A stretch of 64,000 bases of DNA from NCBI GenBank assembly GCA_963751585.1, contig CAVVVB010000017.1, forward strand, positions 110,201 to 174,200, written 5' to 3'. This stretch comes from an uncultured Chloroflexia bacterium. GTDB taxonomy: Bacteria > Chloroflexota > Dehalococcoidia > GIF9 > UBA5629. A program made the translations under genes and the position numbers. Below the pieces are notes generated by a model. It ran no database searches, was not told the origin of the DNA, and saw only the letters and a program-made list of their open reading frames with translations. This document shows positions 11,092-22,071 of the stretch, piece by piece. The stretch's first letter is position 1; every line of letters starts with the position of its first letter.

Positions 11092-12973
11092 ATGAGCATA
11101 ATCGATGATATAAAACAGAGATTGGATATTGTCCAAGTTGTCTCTGAATACACTAAACTACAGAAATCGGGGCGCAACTATAAGGCATTATGCCCGTTTC
11201 ATTCCGAAAAGACCCCCTCCTTCTTCGTATTTCCTGAGAGGCAAAGCTGGCATTGTTTCGGTGCATGTGGCACAGGCGGCGATATTTTTTCTTTCGTCAT
11301 GAGGAAGGATGGCGTCGACTTTACACAAGCGTTGCACCTTCTAGCCGATAAGGCAGGAGTTATGTTAACTGCAAAGGCAAGACCCGAAAAAGAGGCCCGA
11401 AATCAGGAGAGGCAAAAGTTATTTGAAATCAATGAAGCGGCTGCCCAATATTACCACGATGTGCTTTTGAACACACCGGATGGAAAGACGGCAAGAGATT
11501 ATGCAACCGGACGAGGTCTATCCCTGAATACCATCGAAGATTTCCAATTAGGTTTCAGCCCGGCAGGCTGGGATGCCCTAAAACAGTATTTGAAGAACAA
11601 GGGATACAGCGATGCAGATTTGTCCCTTGCTGGTCTACTGGTGGAGCGAGATGAGAGAAGCAGTTATGATCGATTTCGCAATCGCTTGATATTCCCCATT
11701 CGGAACCTTGAAGGAAAGATTGCCGGCTTCGGTGGAAGAGCGTTAGACGATTCGCTGCCAAAGTATCTAAACTCTCCTCAAACACCAATTTTCGATAAGA
11801 GCCGCAGTCTTTACGGCATTGACCGTGCCAAGACAGCCATCGTTAAGAAAAACCAGGCAGTGATCGTCGAAGGCTACATGGATGCGATCACAGCCCACCA
11901 GCACGAATATGATAACGTAGTTGCTTCCATGGGGACGGCAATGACCGATAAACAGCTAACTATCCTCAAAAGTTAACCAGAAATCTAATACTGGCGCTTG
12001 ATGCCGATGCTGCTGGGGAAGAGGCTATCTCCGGAGCGGTGAGATGGTTGATAAGATCCTATCAGTTCCATTTAAGGATTACTCGTCGTTTGGATACAAT
12101 CCGGCGTCAATGATGTTTGATTATGCTCAAGATTTTGAAGTAAAGGTCTTCGTTCTACCTCAAGGTAAGGATCCGGATCAGGTAATTATGGAAAATGCTT
12201 CTCAATGGCAAGAGTTAACAAAGAATGCTAAACCTATGATTGATTTTATTTTCGAAAAAGTCACTCATAAATTTGACTTGTCAAATGACACTGGTAAGTC
12301 TATGGCCGTAGAGAAACTTCTACCGTTGCTTTCCCAGATGAAAGATAAATACGACAAAGCGTTTATATAGAAAGGCTCGCCCGGATGCTAAAGATTGATG
12401 AGAATGTATAGGTGCTGCAGTGAAGAGATTTAGAGCCACCGAGCGGAAACGAAAGCCAGCAAAATCCTCCGAGGTTTCACACCTGTAGCGCCTATATTCG
12501 CTTCATCCAGTCCCCTGGAACAATATTGCCTGGCCTTATTGCTCCAATATCCGGAACTCAAGGCGGAAAGTCAAGAACTATCGGCCGATTACTTCGAGAA
12601 TACAGAAAATCGAGAACTGTTTACAAAGTGGCAGCAAAATGATAACCTTGACTGCCTTAGAAACAGCCTTGATAGTACTCTTCAGGAATATATGGGAAGT
12701 CTCACAGCCAAGAACTTACCTCCGCCGCTCAAGGAAAGCGAAACCGCACGCTGTGAAGACCTAAGACGATGTATTAGTCGATTGCAGGAGATGAGACTGA
12801 AGAATTTGGAAGTCCGAAAACAGGAACTTCTAGCTACAGAAGCCGAAGTAGGCGGAACGACGGCACAGCTGACCAAGTTAGAAGAACAAGGCTTGGAAGT
12901 AAGTGAGCAGCTTAGAGACATCTTTATGAAACAAGACCATCGTCGACGGCTACCCAGGAGAAATCTATCATGA
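11092..12973 (+). CDS. dnaG: DNA primase, split by apparent frameshifts near 11975 and 12360-12480
   Basis: CPFH..CFGAC zinc finger, [14 protein letters not shown]; Toprim ALDADAAG follows in a shifted frame; located between dgt and rpoD. Confidence 0.92.
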
Positions 12974-14532
12974 CCTCAAAGAGGGATGAGGAACTTCTCT
13001 CCTACTTCCCAAGTAAAGGCAAGAGTCGACTAAACCCTCAGAAAATGCTCGACGGGCAAGACGAAATAATGCCGCCGAAGGATGATGGTTGGGATGCTGC
13101 AGGAAAATACGAACCTGAAGAAGCTAGTGCTCAAGGAACCTTCCCTTGGGAAAGCCAGGAGCCAGCCGAACTCGAAGATTGGGCCAAGGAAGACAAGGAA
13201 GATAAGTCCCTTCTTATTCTTGAGATGGATCGCGTTGAACACGAGGCAATTGATGATCCGGTGCGTATGTATCTTCACGAAATTGGCAAAGTCCCGCTAC
13301 TTACTGCCGACGACGAAAAGTCATTAGCCAGCAAAATCGAAGAGGCCAAATATCTGGATAAGATTGAACAGCTTTACTTTCGGCACCATGGTAGGTACCC
13401 GCCAACAATTGACGTCGTAGTCTATCTGCTTCGCTTTTTGATGGCATCTCAGACAGTGATCGCGGCTCTTGGCAAACAACTCAAACTACCCCCTGCAGAT
13501 AGTTTCGTTAAGAGAATTCGGGAGCCTCGACTGCGGGCAGCAATTGACAGCATGATTAACCAAGAGATGGTTGAAACTATCGCTAAGGCTACTCACAGAA
13601 GTGCACCAGAAATTGAACAGAGCTGGATAGAGTTTTCCATAGTCAGCCGGCTACTACCACCAGAGGTGCCCAATTTGATAGGCGAGAAGACCACTTGGAA
13701 ACAATTGGAATCCCAGATTGCAGAGCCGTTAAATCCCGAATTCCTTGCTCAACTTAGCTCCTCTAGTCAGCAATTTAAGGCACATTTCAACAAGGTTAGG
13801 AGAACAGCAAAGAAATCAGAAAAACATCTTACGGAAGCAAATCTACGATTGGTAGTCAGTGTTGCCAAGAAATATGTCGGCCACGGAATGCCACTCCTTG
13901 ATCTAATTCAGGAAGGAAATATCGGCCTGGTTCGCGCAGTAGAGAAATTTGAATACAGAAAAGGTTATAAATTTAGCACGTATGCTACATGGTGGATTAG
14001 ACAGGCGATCACTCGAGCTATAGCTGACCAAGCCCGTACTATTCGGATACCGGTGCATATGGTAGAAACCATCAATAGGCTGCTTAAAGTAAACAGGCGC
14101 TTAGCTCAAGAGTACGGGCGTGAACCAAGTTACGAGGAAATCGGCAAGGGCATGGAAATATCTTCAGACCGGGTCAGAGAAATATTGAAGCTGTCTCAAA
14201 TGCCAATATCCTTAGAGATGCCCATCGGCGAAGAGGAAGACAGTCACCTCGGCGATTTCATCGAAGACCGCGCTAGCTTGCCACCAGCTGACGCTGCTTC
14301 GCAAGAATTACTTAAAGCACAACTGAACAAGATACTGTCCGAACTGACTGATAGGGAAAGAAGAGTTGTATTACTCAGATTCGGCTTAGAGGATGGCCGT
14401 GCCCGCACCTTAGAGGAAGTGGGCCAGGAATTCAATGTGACCAGAGAGCGGATCCGGCAAATAGAGGCCAAGGCGCTGCGAAAACTCCGACATCCCAGCC
14501 GAAGCCGCAAACTCAAGGACTATCTGGAATAA
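12970..14532 (+). CDS. rpoD: RNA polymerase primary sigma factor
   Basis: [77 protein letters not shown]. Confidence 0.96.
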   Translation: MTSKRDEELLSYFPSKGKSRLNPQKMLDGQDEIMPPKDDGWDAAGKYEPEEASAQGTFPWESQEPAELEDWAKEDKEDKSLLILEMDRVEHEAIDDPVRMYLHEIGKVPLLTADDEKSLASKIEEAKYLDKIEQLYFRHHGRYPPTIDVVVYLLRFLMASQTVIAALGKQLKLPPADSFVKRIREPRLRAAIDSMINQEMVETIAKATHRSAPEIEQSWIEFSIVSRLLPPEVPNLIGEKTTWKQLESQIAEPLNPEFLAQLSSSSQQFKAHFNKVRRTAKKSEKHLTEANLRLVVSVAKKYVGHGMPLLDLIQEGNIGLVRAVEKFEYRKGYKFSTYATWWIRQAITRAIADQARTIRIPVHMVETINRLLKVNRRLAQEYGREPSYEEIGKGMEISSDRVREILKLSQMPISLEMPIGEEEDSHLGDFIEDRASLPPADAASQELLKAQLNKILSELTDRERRVVLLRFGLEDGRARTLEEVGQEFNVTRERIRQIEAKALRKLRHPSRSRKLKDYLE

Positions 14533-14569
14533 ACCAGTATATAATCGTCCCGCTGCTAGGAGGAACCGA

Positions 14570-15172
14570 ATGAGAATAATTAGAGGACTGATTATGTTCA
14601 TTGGCATAATCGGGATCCTGGTAATCATTGCACTAATCGTCGGCTACTACTTGTACTCGCTTTCCCCACAAATACAGGAAAGGATCGCACCGATTGCTGT
14701 AGGTGCCGACGAGGCTCAGAGTTTTGACAAAAAGTTCGATTCCCTCCAGGAACAAATAAAGGAGGCGGTCGGCAAGGGACAAAAAGAGAAAGTGAGCCTG
14801 GTCATCACCGAGAAAGAGGTCAATTCTAAACTGGTTCAAATGCTGGCCGATGGCGAATTGCCACTAAAGAAGATACTAATCAACTTTGGCGACGGTTATT
14901 TTTTGACTTACGTTGAGTTTGCGTCGCCTATGGGCGACGCAAAGACAGCTGCCATGGGGCGGTTCGAGATTGTAGATAGTAAACCCAAGGTGGTTCTATC
15001 TGAGTTTGATCTGGGCAGGCTACCCTTGCCTAAGTCTACGAAAGGAAGAGTCGAACAGATCTTGGACATCTTGGTCAGCTTGGAGCTTGCTGACTTCCCC
15101 GTGGATATAAATGATGTCCAGATAACGAACCATCAGCTTACTATTACCGGAACAACTAAAGTGGCAAAATAA
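14570..15172 (+). CDS. Hypothetical membrane-anchored protein
   Basis: AGGAGG RBS, N-terminal TM helix, soluble beta-rich remainder. Confidence 0.75.
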   Translation: MRIIRGLIMFIGIIGILVIIALIVGYYLYSLSPQIQERIAPIAVGADEAQSFDKKFDSLQEQIKEAVGKGQKEKVSLVITEKEVNSKLVQMLADGELPLKKILINFGDGYFLTYVEFASPMGDAKTAAMGRFEIVDSKPKVVLSEFDLGRLPLPKSTKGRVEQILDILVSLELADFPVDINDVQITNHQLTITGTTKVAK

Positions 15173-15179
15173 AATATGG

Positions 15180-16511
15180 TCATCGGCCCATCATACCCAT
15201 CAGATTCTTAGGCAATTTCCCCTGCGCTGCCATTTTGGTCAATCTTTGCATCTGGCGGAATTGATTTAGCAACTGATTGACGTCTCTAGTTTCCGTTCCG
15301 CTACCTTTCGCAATCCGTCTCCGTCGACTACCATCAATAATGGCAGGGTTTTGTCGCTCCTCCAAAGTCATGGATAATATGACAGCCTCGATCTTCTTCA
15401 TCTGGCTTTCCCCAACCCCCTGCTGGAGACCGGTAGCAAGTTTTGAAAAACCGGGCAACATTTCGAATAATTGAGGTAGAGATCCCATCTTTTTGAGCTG
15501 GCGCAGCTGTAATAAAAAGTCCTCAAAATTGAACTCAGCGGCGCGCATCTTCTTCTCAAGTTGCTTGGTATATTTCTCATCAAAAGCCTGCTCCGCCTTC
15601 TCGATCAGAGTAAGCACATCCCCCATGCCGAGAATACGAGACGCCAGGCGGTCCGGATAAAAAGGTTCCAGGGCACTAGCCTTCTCTCCCGTACCGATGA
15701 ATTTCACCGGCACCCCGGTGACAAACTTAATAGACAGCGCAGCACCACCACGAGCATCCCCATCCATTTTCGTGAGTACCAGCCCGGATAGCCCGACGTT
15801 CCTGTTAAACTCTTCAGCCGTATTCACGGCGTCTTGACCTGTCATGGCATCAACCACTAATAGTACTTCCGTGGGCTGAACTTCGGCCTTCAATTGAGCC
15901 AACTCCTTCATCATCGCCTCATCGATATGGAGACGGCCTTGAGTATCAATGATCACCCATGTGGCTGCGATCTCCTGCGCCCGCGTCACAGCTCGGCGAC
16001 ATATATCCAACGGTACCTCTGTAACAGCCTCACTATAAACCGGTATGTCTAACTGTTTACCAAGTATCACTAACTGTTCAATCGCAGCCGGTCGGCGGGT
16101 ATCGGCAGCCACCAATAAAGGACGCTGGCCATTGCTTCTAAGGTGCAGAGCCAGCTTAGCCGCCGTGGTAGTCTTTCCTGAGCCCTGCAATCCTACCAAC
16201 ATCACGATTGAAGGAGGATGACTAGCCACCGCAAGGTTACTACGCTCTTTCCCCAGAGTACTTATAAGCTCCTGGTCAACTATCTTGATGATTTGCTGAG
16301 CTGGCGTAAGACTCTCCATTACCTGGGCCGTTAGAGCCCGCTCTCTGACATTCGCCAGGAAACTCTTTACTACCTTGAAATTTACGTCGGCTTCCAAGAG
16401 GGCCAGACGTATCTGGCGCAGAGCTTCATCAATGTCTTTCTCACTGAGTCTTCCCTTGCTGCCCAGGCTACTGAATATCTTGCTCAGTTTTTCACTCAGA
16501 GCTTCAAACAT
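15180..16511 (-). CDS. ffh: Signal recognition particle protein Ffh
   Basis: ALLEADVN, GLQGSGKTT, DTQGR, TKMDGDARGG, Met-rich M domain. Confidence 0.97.
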   Translation of the reverse strand: MFEALSEKLSKIFSSLGSKGRLSEKDIDEALRQIRLALLEADVNFKVVKSFLANVRERALTAQVMESLTPAQQIIKIVDQELISTLGKERSNLAVASHPPSIVMLVGLQGSGKTTTAAKLALHLRSNGQRPLLVAADTRRPAAIEQLVILGKQLDIPVYSEAVTEVPLDICRRAVTRAQEIAATWVIIDTQGRLHIDEAMMKELAQLKAEVQPTEVLLVVDAMTGQDAVNTAEEFNRNVGLSGLVLTKMDGDARGGAALSIKFVTGVPVKFIGTGEKASALEPFYPDRLASRILGMGDVLTLIEKAEQAFDEKYTKQLEKKMRAAEFNFEDFLLQLRQLKKMGSLPQLFEMLPGFSKLATGLQQGVGESQMKKIEAVILSMTLEERQNPAIIDGSRRRRIAKGSGTETRDVNQLLNQFRQMQRLTKMAAQGKLPKNLMGMMGR

Positions 16512-16525
16512 CGTTTATCCATAGC

Positions 16526-16554
16526 ATTGTACCTATGCCTGTCGCTACCGTCAA
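16526..16554 (-). promoter_or_regulatory. Sigma70-type promoter for ffh
   Basis: TTGACG-17 nt-TACAAT on the minus strand, 14 nt upstream of the ffh ATG. Confidence 0.65.
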
Positions 16555-16687
16555 TTACGACAAAATACCCACGGCTTAAGAGGAGGGATGCTTCAGGGCG
16601 GTTCGATAATGTTCAAGCTCAACCTTTCGGTCTGAGTATGATCCTGAGACAATAACAACTGGAAATATCAATGAGTTAAACTCAACC

Positions 16688-16716
16688 TTGATTTATCTTT
16701 AGTCAAGAAGGATAAT
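16688..16716 (+). promoter_or_regulatory. Putative sigma70 promoter for the acetoacetate-CoA ligase gene
   Basis: TTGATT-17 nt-GATAAT. Confidence 0.45.
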
Positions 16717-16816
16717 ATACAGGCTGCCAGAGACTTGAATACCTCGCTACAACTTGAAATAGGTACCTCTTTAGCACTCTTGTCCGTAGTCACATAATGA
16801 AGAAAAGGAGAACACT

Positions 16817-18775
16817 ATGTCAAAGCTGCTCTGGAAACCGTCAGAGGAACGGAAAAGGAAATCGAATATTGTTCGGTTCATAGAATATGTCAATAAGCGC
16901 TATTCTCAGAAGATCGCCAACTATGACGAATTGTATTCCTGGTCAGTAAGCAAAATACCTGATTTCTGGGCGGCTGTATGGGACTTTGTTGGGATCAAGG
17001 CCTCCAAAAAATATGACACTGTCATTGATGACGTGCACAAAATGCCAGGCGCCAAATGGTTTCCCGGCGCCAAATTGAACTTTGCCGAGAACTTACTGAG
17101 ATATCGGGATAACCATACAGCCTTTATCTTCAGAGGGGAAACCCAAAGAACAGCCAAAATGAGCTATGCTGAGCTTTACGACAGCGTGGCACGCTTAACA
17201 AAATCCCTCCGAAATATGGGAATTCGCCCGGGTGACAGGGTGGTAGCATATATGCCCAATATGATGGAAACAGCTATTGCTATGCTTGCTAGCACAAGTA
17301 TAGGGGCTACGTGGGCTTCTTGCGCCACTGATATCGGCCCAGAAGCAGCTATTGACCGTTTGGGACAGATTCAACCCAAAGTATTATTCACAGTTGACGG
17401 ATATTTCTATAAGGGCAAGGCGTTCAATTCACTATCGAACGCGGCTGACATCGTCAAAGGGATACCATCTATTGAGAAAGTCATAGTATCTTCTTATACA
17501 GGACAAAAAGCCGACATCAGCCATATTCCTAATTCAACACACTATGTCGACTTTCTGGCCAAGGAAAAAGGACTCGAAATTCAGTTTGAACAATTACCAG
17601 CCGATCACCCAGTGTATATTATGTTTTCCTCCGGAACAACTGGTAAGCCCAAATGTATGGTGCAAGGAGCCGGAGGCATACTGATTAATCAGCTAAAGGA
17701 ATTGGTTATTCATACCGACTTAAAGAGAGAAGACGTACAATTCTTTATCACAACCTGCAGCTGGATGATGTGGAATTGGATGCTAAGCTCCCTAGCAACT
17801 GGAAATACTCTAGTTCTGTATGACGGGAATCCGAGCTATCCCGATTCCGGCGCCATGTGGAAAATGATCCAGGATGAGAAGATAAGTATGTTCGGCTGCA
17901 GCGCCAGCTATATCAATTTTCTCAGGGGCGAGAAGATGAAACCGGGCAAAGATTACGATCTGTCATCCCTACAACAAATATGGCAAACCGGCTCACCTCT
18001 TTCAGCCGAAGGATTTGAGTATGTTTATCAGGATATCAAAAAAGACTTGTGGTTTAATTCCAGTGCCGGCGGCACAGACATCAATGGTTGTTTCTGCACG
18101 GGCAATCCCATCAGTCCTGTATATGCGGCTGAATTGCAGAAGGCCGCGTTGGGTATGAAAATAAATGTATATGACGAAATCGGCAAACCGGTATCCGACC
18201 GTGAGGGAGAACTGGTCTGCGAAGCTGCGGCTCCCCCCATGCCCCTCTATTTCTGGAACGATCCTGACGGCAAAAAATATAGGGAGGCTTATTTCGAAGT
18301 CTATCCAGGTATATGGCGTCACGGTGATTACGTCGTTAGGCACAGTGAGACAGGTGGGTTTACCTTCTTCGGTCGTTCCGACTCCGTGCTAAAGCCTTCT
18401 GGAGTACGCATTGGCACCGCGGAGATTTACAATCAGGTGGAAAAATTGGATGAGATAGCTGACAGCGTTGCCATAGGGCAGAACTTCGAAGGAGACCAGC
18501 GTATTATTCTCTTCGTCAAGCTGGCTGAAGGGCATACTTTGACAGAAGATTTAATAAACAAAATTCGAAAGACACTGCGCGACAATGCTTCCCCACGACA
18601 CGTTCCCGCTAAAATCATTCAGGTGTCTGATATTCCATACACCCTCAACATGAAGAAAGTTGAAGGCGCTGTCACAAATATAATACATGGCAGACCGGTC
18701 ATGAACCGAGACGCCTTAGCCAACCCTCAATGCCTGGACTACTACGAGAAACTTCGCGAGCAGCTGAAGTCATAA
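16817..18775 (+). CDS. Acetoacetate--CoA ligase
   Basis: WFPGAKLNFAENLL, IMFSSGTTGKPKC, WMMWNW, GGTDI, WRHGD, GVRIGTAEIY, KKVE. Confidence 0.9.
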   Translation: MSKLLWKPSEERKRKSNIVRFIEYVNKRYSQKIANYDELYSWSVSKIPDFWAAVWDFVGIKASKKYDTVIDDVHKMPGAKWFPGAKLNFAENLLRYRDNHTAFIFRGETQRTAKMSYAELYDSVARLTKSLRNMGIRPGDRVVAYMPNMMETAIAMLASTSIGATWASCATDIGPEAAIDRLGQIQPKVLFTVDGYFYKGKAFNSLSNAADIVKGIPSIEKVIVSSYTGQKADISHIPNSTHYVDFLAKEKGLEIQFEQLPADHPVYIMFSSGTTGKPKCMVQGAGGILINQLKELVIHTDLKREDVQFFITTCSWMMWNWMLSSLATGNTLVLYDGNPSYPDSGAMWKMIQDEKISMFGCSASYINFLRGEKMKPGKDYDLSSLQQIWQTGSPLSAEGFEYVYQDIKKDLWFNSSAGGTDINGCFCTGNPISPVYAAELQKAALGMKINVYDEIGKPVSDREGELVCEAAAPPMPLYFWNDPDGKKYREAYFEVYPGIWRHGDYVVRHSETGGFTFFGRSDSVLKPSGVRIGTAEIYNQVEKLDEIADSVAIGQNFEGDQRIILFVKLAEGHTLTEDLINKIRKTLRDNASPRHVPAKIIQVSDIPYTLNMKKVEGAVTNIIHGRPVMNRDALANPQCLDYYEKLREQLKS

Positions 18776-18800
18776 AGTAACTATCGTCCGGCATCAAACA

Positions 18801-18897
18801 AATTCTGCTGAATAAGAGCGCCATGGACGCCGAAGGCCGACATTGCCTTTTCCCGGCGCTACGGCCTCGCCCGGCTGTTGGATTTTTGAACAAAATC
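18801..18897. repeat. Possible MITE/REP-like intergenic element
   Basis: GC-rich core bounded by imperfect inverted ends aattctgctgaataa / tttttgaacaaaatc (10/15 match). Confidence 0.3.
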
Positions 18898-18972
18898 GCT
18901 TCCGTCTATTTGACACACTCAGCAATGAGAGATACCATATATATCTCTGGGTCACCTTGAGTTTCACAACAA

Positions 18973-19578
18973 TTGACCAATAGACTCCGAAAATCTTCTG
19001 TGACAACGAAGCGCTATGAGATTAGATGGCACGGCCGAGGCGGACAAGGAGCTATAACAGCCGCCAAGATAATTGCTCGTGCAGCCTATCTTACGGGCTT
19101 CCACGGCGTAACAGCAGCACCATCGTTTGGCGCCGAGAGAAGGGGTGTTCCAGTAACTGCCTCAACCAGGATTTCATTAAATCCGATAGTCGTCGTATCT
19201 CAGGTCGAAAAGCCAGATGTCGTCGTGGTATTAGACATCACATTGCTGAAACACCCAGAAGTAACCAGCGGCCTGGTGGATGGAGGATGGCTAATAGTGA
19301 ATTGCACGCAGCATCCTAAGGACCTAGACATCAAGCGTGACTTGAACGTCGCCTGTGCCGACGCCACCGGGGTATGCCGGGAACTGGGGCTGATGGTCGG
19401 TGGACTCCCTATGGCAAATACTGCAATATTAGGCGCCTTTGTCCGTGCTACCCAAATAGTGAACATGAGCAGCCTAGAAAAAACGATAAAAGAAAGATTT
19501 CCCAATAACGCAACTGGCATTAATATCGCCGCCATTACCAAGACTTACGAGATAACCGAACTACAAAGTTTAAGATAG
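18973..19578 (+). CDS. 2-oxoacid:ferredoxin oxidoreductase gamma subunit (true start possibly GTG near 19000)
   Basis: EIRWHGRGGQGAITA, FGAERRG.PV, NTAILGA. Confidence 0.92.
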   Translation: MTNRLRKSSVTTKRYEIRWHGRGGQGAITAAKIIARAAYLTGFHGVTAAPSFGAERRGVPVTASTRISLNPIVVVSQVEKPDVVVVLDITLLKHPEVTSGLVDGGWLIVNCTQHPKDLDIKRDLNVACADATGVCRELGLMVGGLPMANTAILGAFVRATQIVNMSSLEKTIKERFPNNATGINIAAITKTYEITELQSLR

Positions 19579-19587
19579 CGTGAGGCC

Positions 19588-19863
19588 ATGGGAACCAGGG
19601 ATTGCAAACATATTTGCGATGAGTCAGAACCTGGTGTCGGCGAAGCCGGCAAGACAGGCGAGTGGCGCAGTCTGACACCGGTGATAGATCATAGCCGGTG
19701 CATCCACACCAGGCAAAAGAAGCCATCATGTTTCATTTGTTGGCTCTATTGTCCAGATGCCATCATCAAGAAAACCATCCCAATCCAGATAGACTTAGAA
19801 TACTGTAAAGGGTGTGGAATATGTATGCAGGTTTGTCCGGCAAAAGCCATAGCTATGGTGTGA
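19588..19863 (+). CDS. 2-oxoacid:ferredoxin oxidoreductase delta subunit (4Fe-4S)
   Basis: KTGEWR..P, CFICWLYCPD, YCKGCGICMQVCP. Confidence 0.92.
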   Translation: MGTRDCKHICDESEPGVGEAGKTGEWRSLTPVIDHSRCIHTRQKKPSCFICWLYCPDAIIKKTIPIQIDLEYCKGCGICMQVCPAKAIAMV

Positions 19864-19898
19864 TGATAAAGCTTTCTACAGAACCATGGGATTAAGCA

Positions 19899-21125
19899 AT
19901 GTTGCCGCAGAAAGATAACAAAGCCGATATCCGATTACTGGATGGTAATCAAGCTGCCGCTGAAGGAGCCAAACTCAGCCGTGTCCAGGTCATCGCTGCC
20001 TATCCAATTACCCCACAAACGCCTGTCACCGAATCACTTTCCGAATTTGTTGAGAAAGGCGACCTCAAGGCTGAATACGTGGCCGTTGAGAGTGAACACA
20101 GCGCGATGGCTGTGTGCACCTCGGCCTCTTTGGTGGGAGCCAGAACCTTCACCGCCACCAGCGCACACGGATTGGCCTACATGCATGAAATGCTACACTG
20201 GGCAGCTGGAGCACGTCTTCCTGTAGTACTCGCCTGCGTCAACCGCGCCATGGGAGCGCCATGGAACGTACTTAACGACCAGCAGGACTCTATATCTCAA
20301 CGAGATACCGGCTGGATACAGATATACGCCCGAAACAACCAGGAAATTATCGATTCGATTATCCAGGCTTATAAGATCGCGGAAACAGTGTATATACCCG
20401 TCATGGTCTGCTTCGATGGTTACCTCCTATCTCACACTGAAATGCCCGTTGAAATACCATTACAGGAGCACGTAGACAGGTTTCTGCCCCAGTATAAACC
20501 GCATACTACGCTCGACCCCGCTAACCCTAAGAACTACAACCTGGTGACTCTGGCAGATCCTAGAATCAACACACAGGGTGTGCTGTGCCATGGATACATG
20601 GAGTTGAGATATCTCCTGCAGGAGTCTCTGCAAAACTCGTTAGAAACCATAGTCAAGGTGGGACAGGAATTCGGCGAACTATTTGGACGACATTATGCGA
20701 ACACTTTCTGGAAAGATAACGTCGAAGATGCCGACGTAGTTATCGTAGCTATGGGTAGTCTGGCGATGGAGGCACTGGTTGCAGCAGATATGCTTCGGGA
20801 AGAAGGTGAACATGTTGGTGTCATTGGCTTAAGGGTATTCAGGCCGTTTCCCAAAGTCGAACTGGAAAGAGCACTGGGTAAGGCTCGCTTGATTGTGGTT
20901 TTCGACAAAAACATAAGCTACGGCTCCGAGGGAGCCGCCTGTTCAGAGATCAAGTCAGCCCTATACGGACATCATGCAAGGGCGGTAATCCGCAACTTCA
21001 TAGTAGGGTTAGGTGGCCGCGACGTCAAAGCTAGAGAACTGGCAGAGGCGGTGAGAAAATCGCTACCATCGCTCAAAACAGAAACTATAAATACCGAATA
21101 TCCTGAATGGATATGTCACATTTAG
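19899..21125 (+). CDS. 2-oxoacid:ferredoxin oxidoreductase alpha subunit
   Basis: AAYPITPQT, VESEHSA, RTFTATS, GLGGRD. Confidence 0.93.
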   Translation: MLPQKDNKADIRLLDGNQAAAEGAKLSRVQVIAAYPITPQTPVTESLSEFVEKGDLKAEYVAVESEHSAMAVCTSASLVGARTFTATSAHGLAYMHEMLHWAAGARLPVVLACVNRAMGAPWNVLNDQQDSISQRDTGWIQIYARNNQEIIDSIIQAYKIAETVYIPVMVCFDGYLLSHTEMPVEIPLQEHVDRFLPQYKPHTTLDPANPKNYNLVTLADPRINTQGVLCHGYMELRYLLQESLQNSLETIVKVGQEFGELFGRHYANTFWKDNVEDADVVIVAMGSLAMEALVAADMLREEGEHVGVIGLRVFRPFPKVELERALGKARLIVVFDKNISYGSEGAACSEIKSALYGHHARAVIRNFIVGLGGRDVKARELAEAVRKSLPSLKTETINTEYPEWICHI

Positions 21126-21138
21126 CCGGAGTGTTACA

Positions 21139-22071
21139 TTGAAGTCTACGGCAGTCAATCTGACCGAGTTGGAATATGTATTGCCAGGAAACCGCACATG
21201 CCCGGGCTGCGCCCTTTCTCTCGCCTATCGGCATATTTTAAAGGCACTAGACGGTCAAGTCATCGTAACAGTGCCAGCCAGTTGCCTTACCGTGCTGCAC
21301 GGCATGTACCCCATAACAGCGGTTAATGTCCCGTGTGTAAACACGCCCTTTGCCTCCGCTGCGGCCTCTGCCACCGGGCTCGCCGCCGGGCTAAGAGCTA
21401 CAGGCAGGACAGGATTAACCGTATTGGCCATGGCTGGTGATGGCGGTACACATGATATAGGTATTCAATCTTTGAGTGGTGCTGCTGAAAGACAGGAGGA
21501 CTTCATCTACATCTGCTACGATAACGAAGGCTATATGAACACTGGCAACCAGCGTTCGGGATCCACACCGGTAGGTGCTATTACAGGTACGACGCCTATA
21601 TCGGGCAAACAGCAGAACCCAAAAGACATAACTGCCATAATGGAAGCGCATCATCTGCCTTATATTGCCACTGCCAACGCCTCTTACCCGTTGGACCTTT
21701 ATGAAAAAGTCAGGAAGGCGAAAGCAAAAAACGGCACCAGGTTTATCCATGTATTCACTCCGTGCCCGCCCGGATGGCAATTCCCCTACAGTGATACCAT
21801 CAGAATCGGCCAGCTTGCGGTCGAGACAGGACTTAATGTGCTTTATGAGATCGAAGACGGCAATTTTCGATTCACTTCGGCCAGCGATCGCCTTGCCCAA
21901 AAAGGCGAACTGAAAACAATAGAAGAATACTTAGCCGAACAGGGACGGTTTAAAAACATTACCCAGGAGCAAGTGAATCAAATACAGAAGTGGGTAAACG
22001 CCCGATGGAAACGTTATCTTCAGCGGGCAACCGGTCTGCAATCTCCAAGCAGCACAGAGCCAGCATCCTAG
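21139..22071 (+). CDS. 2-oxoacid:ferredoxin oxidoreductase beta subunit (TPP-binding)
   Basis: CPGC, GDGGT.DIG, YDNEGYMNTGNQRS, PCPPGW. Confidence 0.93.
   Translation: MKSTAVNLTELEYVLPGNRTCPGCALSLAYRHILKALDGQVIVTVPASCLTVLHGMYPITAVNVPCVNTPFASAAASATGLAAGLRATGRTGLTVLAMAGDGGTHDIGIQSLSGAAERQEDFIYICYDNEGYMNTGNQRSGSTPVGAITGTTPISGKQQNPKDITAIMEAHHLPYIATANASYPLDLYEKVRKAKAKNGTRFIHVFTPCPPGWQFPYSDTIRIGQLAVETGLNVLYEIEDGNFRFTSASDRLAQKGELKTIEEYLAEQGRFKNITQEQVNQIQKWVNARWKRYLQRATGLQSPSSTEPAS

Noticed and set aside
11092-12973. Split primase as a real multi-gene arrangement
   Set aside because: The first break falls inside the Toprim domain at an A-run and the domain continues in the next frame, so it is most likely an artefact.
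16590-16650. SRP RNA (ffs) or 6S RNA next to ffh
   Set aside because: The GAAA hairpin lacks the CAGG/AGCAG internal loop of SRP RNA and I could not build a 6S-like long rod. It is kept only as a low-interest finding.
19861-19869. TGA TGA after the oxidoreductase delta subunit as a Sec site
   Set aside because: The domain is complete and TAA follows at once, so these are tandem stops.
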